From Neoechinorhynchus agilis (taxonomy: Eukaryota > Animalia > Acanthocephala): 64,000 nt of DNA. The stretch spans positions 6,356,389 through 6,420,388 of the forward strand of contig CM121343.1 in NCBI GenBank assembly GCA_051530055.1, written 5' to 3'. The translations under genes were made by a program, and so were the position numbers. Below are positions 52,468-64,000 of this stretch, piece by piece. Under the pieces are notes generated by a model. The model was not told where the DNA came from, ran no database searches, and saw nothing but the letters and a program-made list of their open reading frames with translations. Within the stretch, counting starts at the first letter, position 1; each line of letters opens with the position of its first letter.

Positions 52468-55400
52468 TTATTTTTTTCCAGAACGTTTTACATTCCCTCG
52501 ACTACTTCGCCTTTTTTGCGACCCGCCCAGAAGATCTGTCGCTATCTCATGAGCTACGTTCATGAATGCTTCAATGGAGCAATTAATATGCCCATATCCG
52601 ATAGCGGTGCTTTCAGTTCCACCAACTTTACTAACCACGTTTTCTCCAGAACCATATCTATCTTTGGCAGCGTCAACAACCTTACCGATCCATTCGGTGG
52701 CCGGTAAGATCGTTATCTTATCATTGGGGATGGACGCCATCATCACGAATTCAATCGCATTTTCGCCTATATCCAAATGACTTATCACACCAACCGCTGT
52801 CTCTTTCAGCCTCTGTCTAAATCCATTCAACATGAGATTCACGACCTTCCTAGAATCATTAGAACTAACTGATGTAATGTGTGGGATTGGATTTACATAA
52901 CGGACAAGATATACTGGAGGAGTTGTGATCTTTTCGACCTCTTCTTTTATACGAAGTCTTTCTTTATTAGCAGCTGATGTTTGTCGCTTCCGTTTTTCAG
53001 AAATAATTTCCTTCTTCATTTTTTCCAACCTTTGCATCGCTCTTTCCTTAAAGATATAACTATTATAATGAAGTTCCAATTTCGCCAACATTCCCATAAT
53101 ATCTGGACCTATTTTAGTGGTTCTTGATAATCAAGCACCGAACAAGACCCACTGGTTTATAACATCAATTATTTCCTCGACCTTATCTTCTTTCCATAAC
53201 TGTTCATAAGCCAATTCAGTGACGTTAATTTCTTCCTCAAACATCGCATCCATGCGTTCAATCGCTGATGCTTCATTTGGACCAGTAACCGCCACGATGC
53301 GTTTAACGTTCCTTGCAATAGTTTCAAGATTCGTAATAATAATTTTACCAATGCTAGATGTATTTTCAAGATGAGTTCCTCCACATAACTCAGCCGAATG
53401 ATTTTCATTATTTTCAAATTTGAATCTTACAACACGTACGACATCCGGGTATGTCTCACTAAGCATGAATCTAATCTGAGGATCATTTTTAGCATTTTGA
53501 AGATTCATCGTCTCTATATGCCTAGTATATCCTTGTCCACAGATTTCGTTAATGGTACTCTCAATGTACTCAACCTCTCTAGCTCCAAAACTTTCAGTGC
53601 AAAGAAAATCGAACCTGAGTTTGTCTTCAGCAACAACCGATCCACGTTGTTCTGTTCGATCCAACAACTGAGATAATACCCAGTTCAGAATGTGAGTGGC
53701 ACTGTGATTTCGCATCAGTGATATCCTGCGCATGTTATGAATACAGACCTGTACTGTATCGTTAACCTTCAAAGAACCCAAACTAAGAATGCGTCCATAA
53801 TGAGCGACTATTCCATTGAATTTTTGAACGTTAACTACGTTGAACCGAACATCGTTATGATCGGTAATAAGTCCAGTATCGGAAAGTTGTCCTCCGCTTT
53901 CGGAATACATACACGTCTTATCGACAACGATCGCAACCTTATCAGCACTGTTATCGACCTCATATACTTCTTCAACTCCTTCGTCGTTTTCAACGTATAT
54001 CTTCAAAATCGTTGCTGTCACGTCATAAAACTCATACGAATCATCTGAAGAAATCCATTGATAGTCGTATTTATAGCTATCATCAGTAAGCGAGAGGTTC
54101 TCATCTACTAAAATTTTAAAGGGAAGTATCTCAAGCGAATCAATCACTTGGTCATCGGGTATTTGATTTTTTAATTTCCGCTTAGAATTAGTCAAAGCTT
54201 CCACGCGATCCTTTTCATATCCTTCAATGTCAACCGTGAAACCTTTCTCCTCACATGCTAACGTTATCAAATCCAAAGGAAATCCATTAGATTGATTGAG
54301 TTGCCAAGCTAATGAGCCGGAAAGTATGGTCTTTCCATTCTCGCGTAGTAACTTCAAATGCTTGTTCAACAGAGCACTTCCTCTATCCAAATTCTTGTAG
54401 AACTGAATCTCCTCGGAACCTATGATCATCTCTATAGTTTCTATTAATTTCGGGTTCTTATCCACATCGAATTCTTCAAACGAGCTAGCTAACAATTCGC
54501 AAACCGGTTTTACCAACATACGCAACGATCCACATTGGGCAAACAATTTTTCCTTTGCGTAACGAATGGCTCGGCGAAGGATCCGCCGTATAACATAACC
54601 CCGATCTTTATAGTCAGGAAGCACGCCATCAGCAATAGCCACACAAACGGTCCTCATGTGATCCGCAACTACGCGGTAAGCCGTATCTATTAGATCAGCA
54701 TATTGGTGGTCGTCTTCGACATCCTCGATCCCAACTTTCCCTGTGTACTCTCTTAAACATTAAACTCGTATCTCAAAGCAAAAAAAGATGAACACTAAGT
54801 GAAATAAAAAGGAATAAGTAAAAAATCAACTAAATAGTAATTTTTAGACGTCGCAAATCGTCATCAATAAAATCGAAGTCTTCGAGAATACATTCAAAGG
54901 TAGCAGCAACCCTACAACGCCATAAACAAATCAATAATATCGGAAACATGGATAAATTGAGATCGCCATAGTGACCTATAGAATACCGTTTAAATATTTG
55001 GGTTTTTATATGACGAAAAAATTGAATTCATTTGCTAAATCCGATATTTCAGCACAACCTCCATAAATGCACAAGATTGTGCCGAAATATCGGAATCAAT
55101 AAATCCTTTTAAAATTATAACCGAGATCGATTTTCACTGACGAAATCTCACTGGGAAAAATAGCTTTTTTACTTTTTCTCTCTTATATTGAAATAATTTA
55201 CAACCTTCAAAAAGGGACAGGATTGTACCGAAATATCGGAATCAATAAATCCTTTTAAAATTATAACCGAGATCGATTTTCTCTAACGAAATCTCACTGG
55301 GAAAAATAGCTTTTTAACTTTTTCTCTCTTATATTGAAACAATTTACAACCTTCAAAAAGGGACAGGATTGTACCGAAATATCGGAATCAATAAATTATT

Positions 55401-56815
55401 TTAAAATTATAACCGAGATCGATTTTCACTGACGAAATCTCACTGGGAAAAATAGCTTTTTAACTTTTTCTCTCTTAGATTGAAACAATTTACAACCTTC
55501 AAAAAGGGACAGGATTGTACCGAAATATCGGAATCAATAAATTATTTTAAAATTATAAGTTCAAAGCATCCAAATACCTCTATTACGCCCAATGCAAGTA
55601 CAATTCATCTTTGCCGATGAAATAAAATTTATATATGCCATTATAAAGTGTACGATACAAACTCAAAACAGAAATTCTGATAAAAAAGAGTGGAATTTAA
55701 ATGAGTGAAATCCTTCCTAACGATTTGATCAACGAGTTCAATTCTATGTGTGTGATATCGGAAATAGCTTTAAAAATCGGCATAAATACGTCTGTATCAT
55801 AATTCGAGGATTTTCCTTGAACGATGGAGACAAGTCTTTCAAATCCCATTCCGGTGTCGACGTGCTTTTCCGGCAGTTCGCTCAGGTTTCCATTTTCATG
55901 GCGATAAAATTGCATGAATACGAGATTCCACACTTCGATAACTGTAGGATCATCAGCATTTACAAGATTGCTAACGTCTTCGGTTCTCCCGAGTTTGTCG
56001 AAATGAATTTCGCTACATGGTCCACATGGACCCGTGTCACCCATTTCCCAAAAATTGTCCTTCATTGAGCCTGGGACAACTCGATGTTTAGGTAAATACC
56101 TTAACCAAAGTTCCTTTGTTTCTTCATCCTTCGTAAGACCCAATTCCGAACCATTTTGGCCGCCAAAATCCGGATCAAAATAAGTGACATAGAAATAATT
56201 AGGGTCAAGATCAAGTTCAATCGTCAAAAAGGCCCAAGCCATGTCAATGGCACGCTCCTTAAAATAATCTCCAAATGACCACGTTCCTAACATTTCGAAA
56301 AATGTATGATGGTAAACATCTTTTCCTACGTCGTTGAGATCATTGTGCTTTCCACCGGCACGGATACATTTCTGTGAGTTGACCACACGTCGAAGCTTGT
56401 TCTCAGGAGCCTGACCAATGAAAATTGATTTAAATTGGTTCATGCCCGCATTGACGAACAGAAGCGATTTGTCTTCAGGGATGACTATTCGAGATGATGG
56501 AACAAATTCATGTCCGAGCTTCATAAAGAATTCAAGGAACCGAGAACGAACGTCTTTTGCTGACAAAACCACACTCAGTATAGAACGAAGCTCATGACTA
56601 TCATCCAAGTCCGCATCGGAATCTGTTGAATCCATCAATGGAGTCTCCCTTACAACCTTAGGACAATTATCCTCGAACGCGTCAACCATCCTCAAAAATC
56701 ACCATTCGTCATTGAACCAAAAAATCCGGAGAGGATTTAATAGAGACTTTCTTGGTTTTAGCGCATTTTCAAAACGCATCCGCTTATTTCTCGCTGCGCG
56801 GATCAAATCATGCAT
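52468..56815 (-). CDS. AARS1: Alanyl-tRNA synthetase (start at 56815 or 56690)
   Basis: [84 protein letters not shown] and a C-Ala tail ending in GGS...GKK. Confidence 0.96.
55038..55557. repeat. Hairpin (55038-55097) followed by a 146-bp tandem repeat x3.3 inside the long AlaRS intron
   Basis: ttgtRccgaaatatcggaatc starts at 55077, 55223, 55369 and 55515; an inverted copy aaatccgatatttcagcacaa precedes the array. Confidence 0.92.
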
Positions 56816-56977
56816 TTTTCGAAACGATTAGATGTTATTAATTGAAAAATTGCGTTGTACACGACATTTTTATTTCGTCCGATCTTCACCGCCGCGTATC
56901 TCGATTGAAAAATATGCCTCCGAAATGAAGCCGGTTATTTCCTCTCCCGACTGGAAAAGATGCTAAAATATGCCAAT

Positions 56978-57110
56978 GGTGACATGCGCTCCAGCAGCTT
57001 CCTGATGCAGCGAATCAGCGCGGCGATCCAACGCGGCCATCAACGAAGCTGCCGAACAATCATGACGACAGTTGCAGAATTGGAGGAAAAGGAGGAATTT
57101 GTGAACGAAA
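56978..57110 (+). mobile_element. CRE-like 3' tail fragment
   Basis: GDMRSSSFLMQRISAAIQRGH matches the CRE endonuclease C-terminal motif (QRIS.A.QRGN). Confidence 0.55.
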
Positions 57111-58241
57111 ATAATCGCGAATTGTATGCGATTCCAAGAGTACTTGCAATACAATTAGAATTCCTTGGCGATGAAATCTGCATTTTGAGATCCGTAGATT
57201 ATTCATGATTTTACGTGAATTAATAGGAGACTTGTGGACGTTTGAGAAATGCAGTAGAAAATATCTTTTGCACTGGAAATAGTCATTGATACACAACAAT
57301 AAATTGCAAAAAATCAATGTTGCCATTTTTTTCGATCTTGATTTAACAAAAATGAATATCGAGGACCAAAGAAGCGGTGGAATGATTGCGTCGCCGGGAG
57401 CAAGCGAGAATGTGTTTGACTGTCTGACTGCGAGAATTTTGCGCAGCCCCGCGAAGGGAAATGCGAGAAATAAGTTCTTGTTGTTGCTGCTGATTTAGTT
57501 TTGCTTTAGGAATGATCAAAGAACTCCGATACAGTCTTGAGCGAACGTCACGTAATCAAAATTAATTCGAATTGTAGATTGTTGTACTCATTATCCACAA
57601 TCTCGTCGCGAACAAATAAAAATATAGAATGTGCAAGTATTGCAAAAATTAATTAAAGCAATTGACCAATAACGTTGCGAGAATTAAATAATTCTGTATA
57701 AAACACATGCAAACTCTTCATTTTCTGATTTTTCCGTTAACCAATGAAATTGCAAAAATCTCGTTATTGCAAATAAATCAAATGTAAAATTTAAACATAA
57801 ACGTGGAGGATTATTTTGTGCGTTTCTTTTAAATGTGCTAAACATTTAGAAACTTAAAGGTTAGATTTTTTGAAAATCCAAGTGCAATATTTTTGGAATT
57901 TCGAACATTAACGCAAAATGACAGGAATCTCGTTATTGCAAATAAAACAAATGTAAAATTTAGATCGTATCGAGATCGTTGATTAAGATTTGTCAATAGC
58001 TTTAGCGCTCATTTTGGTGGTAATTTTTCAATAGCAGGTGTTGATATTAAAGGATTTAACCAAAAAAAATTGAAATGGTGAACGCACTTAAACCGGACGT
58101 TTTTTTGGCAAATAGCATTTGAATACAGTATTATACGGATATGAACAAACTTAATTTTAACAGCATATTAACTCAATTTTTGCTTTGATTGGTTATTAAT
58201 AAGTCAATAGATCGCTGAGGTTTGTTTCTAGCTTGTAAATC

Positions 58242-58745
58242 TTAAGATAATCGGTTGCTCATAATGAGCATTATGATATTAAACATATACGATGCCAGCA
58301 CATTGACGAAGCAGATTGTTAAGAAGGTAGCGAAGGGTTGTCTTTTGACGATTGGCAATCCGATATCGACTAATAAAATGAAATACGTCACAAAGAGTAA
58401 TGACGTTACAAGAGTAAGTATAATCCATACAAGATTCCAATTCTTACCAATGAAGTAGTTTAAGTATATTCGACATGCCTCAGCAGCATTTTGAAACGCG
58501 ATAGTCGCTACAATAAGTCCATTGGATACATTGAATAGAATATTAAATATGAACAAACACAATTCTAGTTGCCGAACTCCTCCTTGTGCTTTGATAATAT
58601 AACTTTTGCCGCTTTGTGAATCGGTGAAGGTTACTTTTAGATAAAGGTTGAAACCAAGTCTTCCAATTAAATTAAAAAGAATACTTGTAGAACACAAAGC
58701 CGATATGTATACGTTCTTCATGTTATGGGAAGCAGCCGTGAGCAA
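58242..58745 (-). CDS. Multi-pass membrane protein fragment, unassigned
   Basis: 167-aa ORF with 4-5 hydrophobic segments; 5' end not resolved. Confidence 0.35.
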   Translation of the reverse strand: MLTAASHNMKNVYISALCSTSILFNLIGRLGFNLYLKVTFTDSQSGKSYIIKAQGGVRQLELCLFIFNILFNVSNGLIVATIAFQNAAEACRIYLNYFIGKNWNLVWIILTLVTSLLFVTYFILLVDIGLPIVKRQPFATFLTICFVNVLASYMFNIIMLIMSNRLS

Positions 58746-60233
58746 AGAAAATCATTCGCATGTTCCTTAAGTAAGGTACAGGCCGCAATTATCTAGAAGT
58801 ACATGACAGCTTAACGTAAATGTTAGACATTTTAAAATGAGGCAACTGAAAGGGCTATTCCAGTCAGCGGAATTAATTAACAAATTTTACTAATATGGGT
58901 TTCGACACAAACATTTTATTGCCAAATCATGCTCGTTTGGCAGGGTTCAAAAGAAGCAGTATTTATACAAGTGACCTTTCGAATGGTATTTTGTGTGGTA
59001 AAAAAATTCGATTCTGTCTATTTATTCTATTCAAAAACGCACTGAAACTAAGCAACGTGGAAAAACATGAAGGGAGTGAGAGTTGCATGAATTTTAGGGA
59101 TTCTGCAAATAAAAGAAAACTTAGGTCTCTTTTATACTTGCAAAACTCAACCAAATTCAAAAAATTAAATTATGAGATAACGCGATTTTATGGACAAATT
59201 AAACAAATTTTTGTTAGTGTTAACTTTTTAATTTCGGCCAAATCTTACCAACATTCACACCACCGTTTTGAACCACTCAATTGCCGTCCTGGTGTTGTAA
59301 TGGTCGAAATGGTAGAAGCAGCCAATAAAATTCACACAAAATGAGGCACGTTCATTGGCTAAATTCGTGAGAGTTTTTGGTCTAAAAAATCCGCGATTTG
59401 AATACTGTCATAGTTAAGTTTTCAATGTCGGTGAATGTTCATGGAGGTACAAGTGGAGCCAACGTTCGCAATGAAACAAGTTAAAAAGGAACATCTCTAT
59501 ACTCGGCATTGGTGAAAATGAGGACAGCATTACACTTGCACTTAGGAATATCGTCGAAATTCTATTGTTAAGGTTTGTAACTTAGCGCAACTGTCTCATA
59601 AGTCGGTGCAGCCTCGAGTAAAGAAACGCGTAACTGCCGGATACAGCATTTAGCAATAGTCTTATACGAATGTGTCTTTTGGGATATAATGATCCTCTAA
59701 ACTAGACGACTTGATAGTTCCTCGAGATTATTGAATTCGCAAAACTGGTTTTTTCGGGCCGCATATTTTAGTTCCGGTATCAGTTAAACGTTTGAATCGA
59801 CTAAGTTAGAAAATCCTTTGAACGTCTTGTAACGTAATCTTTTTTTTATAGACGATAGTTTTAACAGAAGGTTTTTTGCTACGTAAATGTCCCTTTAGGA
59901 CATATAACTGCCAACCATTATGTAAATACAAGAATGCGAAAACGACAAGTATGAGTAATTCATAATTTATTCAGTCTAAAATGCTGATGAAGTTCGCATT
60001 AATGAATGTACTTTGATCGGAATGCAGAAACATGCATTCAATATCGCAATCCTTTAATTTAAACGGCTACCACTTTAGACTCATGCTAAGAAAATATTTT
60101 AATTCCGTGTTACTGGGATTTTGTTCAATCATTTTCAGCCAAATACGCACGCAGAAATTACAGTAGACTTTTATCCGTCATTCTAAAGCATAGAAAAGAC
60201 ATTCATTTTACTTTTTTAACTCTGCTCCAGGAT

Positions 60234-60478
60234 CTCTCGAAGAAATTGAGAAAGGACCGGCGACGCACGAGGTGTATTCCCGCGACAAAATATCTCGCTT
60301 CCAGTAGATAGGCGAGGAAGGAGAGACGCTAAGATTTTGCGGACGGTGGTGATTGCTCGTTTTGTACTTTATTATTGTAAAAAATTCGGAATGGCTTTTT
60401 TTAAGACAAATAGGAATGTTTACTTTTCTAGAGGTAACACTGCAAGCATTCGGGCGACGATTGAGGACGGCTAGGCAC
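60234..60478 (+). mobile_element. Two CRE-like 3' tail fragments
   Basis: TGDARGVFPRQNISLPVDRRG at ~60256-60320; gaggtaacactgcaagcattcgggcgacgattgaggacggctagg nearly identical to 11490-11541. Confidence 0.6.
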
Positions 60479-60943
60479 ATAACAGTTTGTGCTTTGGATC
60501 GTTAAACAAACAATCGATATCGGCGATACTAAAACGAGGAAAAACGGCTAAAAATGCGTTCGTTTCAAAAAAGGCCTTCTTTTAGCTCAGGTTCATTTCA
60601 GAAAAATAATTCTCAGATTTTCCGTCATTCTAAAGCGCCAAACCCGCAAGTGCGATTACGTCAAACTGACGTCACAGATGGAACTTTCTTGCGTATGTAA
60701 CCGAGGTCACTAAAAAGGCAAATTGAACATTGACATCCCACCGCCACCGCCACCACAAGCAAAAGTACCGATATAGCTCTGTTGATCGCATTGCAAACAC
60801 ACACAGAGACAGACAATGGGGGTGGGAACACAATTCCTCCTCTATTGAAGACGACCACTTCGGCTAATGTAGCTCATCATTTTAGTAGGTGCTCCCACTA
60901 CCTCCTACCCACCCCCTCCGTCTGAGCTCAAGCATGCTTAGTC

Positions 60944-63900
60944 TTAAGAAGACATGCTCGTGGCAGCAGGTTCAATCGTTCCATCCTGCTGCTGCTGCTG
61001 CTCGTCGTTATTCTGCTGCTGCTCTTGTTGTGGCTGTTGAGAAGATTGTGGTGACGACGCATCCGTTCGTCGTTCAATTACTGTCAGCGCTTCTTCGATT
61101 TTGTTCAGTATTTCTTCGGGTGATTGAAGTGCCGTGTAGAGCGCATCTTCCTCCAGACATAACAGCATTCCTGTGACTCTTCCGGCAGCTTGTTCGTTGA
61201 TTTGTTTAATGTAATTGTGAAGATAGTCTCCAACTCGTTTTTTTCGTCGCTCTTGAGATGCCTTCTTCAACTCGTCAATTGTAAATGGTAAAGCCGGAAG
61301 AGGTGGTAAATGATCGTGTCTATTATCCATTGATCTGGACTCGTCAGCGCGACAAGGTGGCGTCTGCTGCCTTGAGACACTCCCGGAAGCGACCGGCGTG
61401 TTCGTAGGGGCGATGATTCTTTGAGAATCGAGTGACAATGTGATGACATTCTGTTCAAGAGGTAAAACCTCAGCTACTGGTGAAGACATCGGCATGGTGG
61501 CACTTACCGGCTGATGACTGGGCGCTTGTACGTGGTCTAAAGGATTAGGTCGCCGAGTTAATGGAGGACCAGTCGGCCTGTTAATCGATGGATGAATCAA
61601 CGGTAGCTGAGTATGCTGCGTTGGGTGAATCGGTTGTCGCGGTCCGAACCTTAGAGGTTGCTGCTGCTGTTGCTGTTGCTGCTGCTGCTGATGATGATGA
61701 TGTTGTAATCTATTCGCCAATCTAAGGGCTCGTAGACTGGCTTGATGAACATTACCGGGTGCTCCACCACCACCACCACCACCACGTCCACCCGGAACAC
61801 CAGAATTTACGCCCATGGTAGAACCGTCCATCCGATTCCTCGTGTGTACGGCTTGGTGGTTAAAGCCGCCGCCGTGCACAGCATTTGGATTGTTAAGATA
61901 TGGATTACGCATGCTAGGAAATAAAAGTGCACGGTTGGTGCTATTCATCGCTGCGGAAATTTGACTTGAACCAACAGCATTTTGCATGTTGTATATTGTA
62001 GGGTATCGAGCTGGTTGCTGTTGGGCAGCAACCACGGCTGCCATTTGTTGAAAGCTTGCCTGTTGAGCCGCCGCCGCGGCTGCCGCAGAAGCACTTTGTT
62101 GATGTTGAATAGGATTTGGAGGAGGAGGAGGGGGATGATGATGGTGATGATGGTACATTGCATTTGGATGTTGTTGTTGTTGTTGGTGGTGGTGATGCGA
62201 CGGGGCAACTTGTGGATTATGGACCGTTGGTTGATGAGATGCGACGTGTGCGGCAGCGGCAGCAGCGGCCATGGCAGCCGCTGCTGCGGCTTGCGTCGAA
62301 ACACTCGATGGTACTTGTGGAGGACCACCTTGGTTTGGAGGTGCTTGAGGGCCGCCGGCGGTTCCGGGATATCCTGACAAATATGCAGCGGCGTTCTGCG
62401 TTATAGTGCCACCATAGGGAGAGCCTGGTGCAAACATGGATGGATGAGGCGCTGCACCAGGTTGACCGATAATAACCGGTGGTTGACCAATGGGTTGAGT
62501 AAGAGTGCCCCTAAGGGTACTCATCCGCTGCCAGAGTTGGTGTTGAAGATGCTGCCTTCGTTCTTCTTTTCTTTGAGCTAGAGCGACATAGAGAGGTTTG
62601 GTGCCTAGTATTCGTCCATTCATTTCGGTAACAGCTCGAGTAGCTTCATCCGGTTGTGTAAAGCACACAAACCCGAAACCTCTCGAGTTTCCACTCTCGT
62701 CCTTCATGACCTTTGCTGACGTTATCCTTCCGAATACAGCGAACTTTTCGTTCAGTTTTTGATCGTCTACAGAATCGTCAAGGTTCTTAATATAAAGATT
62801 AACTCCTTGGTACTTGGTCATCCTTTCTGCTCTAACTTCCTCCATTTTTTCCCTTAACTCTTGCATCCTTTCAGCTTTCTTCTGTGCTCGTCCAACGTAG
62901 ATATCTCTTGACCCAACTCGAGTGCCATTAAGGGTTTTCACTGCATGCTCAGCGCTTTCGGGTTTGTCAAAACTAACAAAGCCAAAGCCCCTTGATTGTC
63001 CTGTTTCTGTACGCATCACCTTTGCGCTTTCAATGTTGCCGTAAGGACGGAACATTGCAGCAAGAGATTCGTCATCAAGAAGGTCAGCGAAGTTCTTAAC
63101 GTAAATGTTAGTGAACTTGGGTGATCGGCCTCCCATTTCACGCATCCGTTGATGTTTTGGCATAAAATGATTTACGTAAACCTTCTTTTCCTTAATAAGC
63201 ATTCCATTCACTGATACAATGGCACTTTCGGCTGCATCAGCATTTTCGTAATGGACAAATCCGAATCCACGAGACACTCTTCGGTCATCGTACATAATCT
63301 TGCATGATAAAATGTAACCGAACACTGAAAACGTATCATAAAGTGTTTTTGCATCGATTGATTTATCGAGGTTTTTTATGAAAATATTCCCTACGCCAGA
63401 CTTGCGAAGGCTTGGATCACGTTGGCTCCACATGATTCGCATTGGTCGGTTGAATAAAATGTCATAGTTCATCGTCTCCAGAGCACGCTCGGCGTCCGGT
63501 TGATGTTGGAAGTTCACATACGCGTATCCTAATGATCGACGAGTCATCAGATCGCGGCATACGCGAATCGAGATGATTGGACCAGCCGTAGAGAATTTCT
63601 CAAACAATGCGGCTTCCGTGGCCTCTGGAGATAAATCTCCGACGTAGAGGGAAGTCAACGAATAGAGAGACGATGGAACATGAGAATCGGACGACACTTG
63701 TTGCGATTGTAACGCCATTGGCTGAGTTGAATTCTGGGACGTTGATGGCTCCTGTGCTGCCGTCAGATTGTTCGTAGTGTTTTCAGGCCTTCGTTGTTGT
63801 TCCGGCTGCTGCTGTTGTTGTGCCTGAAAGGGCGGTTGTTCATGTTGCGATTGGGAAGTGCTGGCGGCGGCGGCAACTTCGGTTGAACTCGAATGAGTGG

Positions 63901-63982
63901 TACTTTCGGTGACCGTGTCCCCTTCTGCATTGTTTGACGGTACAGGCCGGCTACTTGCGGTGGTCAGAGCTGGTAACGGCAT
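60944..63982 (-). CDS. PABPC: Cytoplasmic poly(A)-binding protein, intronless, 1012 aa
   Basis: Four RRMs ([56 protein letters not shown]) and a C-terminal MLLE-like domain (AGRVTGMLL). Confidence 0.96.
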   Translation of the reverse strand: MPLPALTTASSRPVPSNNAEGDTVTESTTHSSSTEVAAAASTSQSQHEQPPFQAQQQQQPEQQRRPENTTNNLTAAQEPSTSQNSTQPMALQSQQVSSDSHVPSSLYSLTSLYVGDLSPEATEAALFEKFSTAGPIISIRVCRDLMTRRSLGYAYVNFQHQPDAERALETMNYDILFNRPMRIMWSQRDPSLRKSGVGNIFIKNLDKSIDAKTLYDTFSVFGYILSCKIMYDDRRVSRGFGFVHYENADAAESAIVSVNGMLIKEKKVYVNHFMPKHQRMREMGGRSPKFTNIYVKNFADLLDDESLAAMFRPYGNIESAKVMRTETGQSRGFGFVSFDKPESAEHAVKTLNGTRVGSRDIYVGRAQKKAERMQELREKMEEVRAERMTKYQGVNLYIKNLDDSVDDQKLNEKFAVFGRITSAKVMKDESGNSRGFGFVCFTQPDEATRAVTEMNGRILGTKPLYVALAQRKEERRQHLQHQLWQRMSTLRGTLTQPIGQPPVIIGQPGAAPHPSMFAPGSPYGGTITQNAAAYLSGYPGTAGGPQAPPNQGGPPQVPSSVSTQAAAAAAMAAAAAAAHVASHQPTVHNPQVAPSHHHHQQQQQHPNAMYHHHHHHPPPPPPNPIQHQQSASAAAAAAAQQASFQQMAAVVAAQQQPARYPTIYNMQNAVGSSQISAAMNSTNRALLFPSMRNPYLNNPNAVHGGGFNHQAVHTRNRMDGSTMGVNSGVPGGRGGGGGGGAPGNVHQASLRALRLANRLQHHHHQQQQQQQQQQQPLRFGPRQPIHPTQHTQLPLIHPSINRPTGPPLTRRPNPLDHVQAPSHQPVSATMPMSSPVAEVLPLEQNVITLSLDSQRIIAPTNTPVASGSVSRQQTPPCRADESRSMDNRHDHLPPLPALPFTIDELKKASQERRKKRVGDYLHNYIKQINEQAAGRVTGMLLCLEEDALYTALQSPEEILNKIEEALTVIERRTDASSPQSSQQPQQEQQQNNDEQQQQQDGTIEPAATSMSS

Positions 63983-64000
63983 TTTATCGGGATTTTTTCA

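Noticed and set aside
57756-57962. 39-bp duplication aaaatctcgttattgcaaataaa..aaatgtaaaattta
   Set aside because: A simple local AT-rich duplication with no further structure.
60889-62406. Antisense and alternate-frame ORFs over PABPC
   Set aside because: Expected shadows of GC-rich triplet repeats; no recognisable domains.

Overview
AT-rich, compact animal genomic DNA, not prokaryotic; species not identifiable from the sequence. Recognisable genes: CDC23/APC8 (runs off the left end), EFTUD2/Snu114, a two-EF-hand calmodulin-like gene, a UBASH3/Sts-type histidine phosphatase, an inward-rectifier K+ channel, an intronless 7TM receptor, G-beta-5, a CH-domain gene, a FoxO-like forkhead gene, a TMEM163-like transporter, alanyl-tRNA synthetase and an intronless PABPC. 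Between them are decayed CRE-like, Gypsy, LINE and Penelope-like retroelements, MITEs and six tandem arrays. Most introns are short canonical GT-AG. Two results stand out. (1) At about nine junctions in six genes, protein homology is best restored by removing a segment without GT-AG ends whose two ends base-pair. The helix usually starts about 2 nt inside each predicted junction, suggesting hairpin-defined non-conventional introns in an animal. (2) A dispersed tRNA-headed repeat carries a complete hammerhead ribozyme core with its three strands in a non-circularly permuted order. All ortholog comparisons were made by eye from memory. No searches, folding or RNA data were available, so exact junctions and ribozyme activity are predictions.
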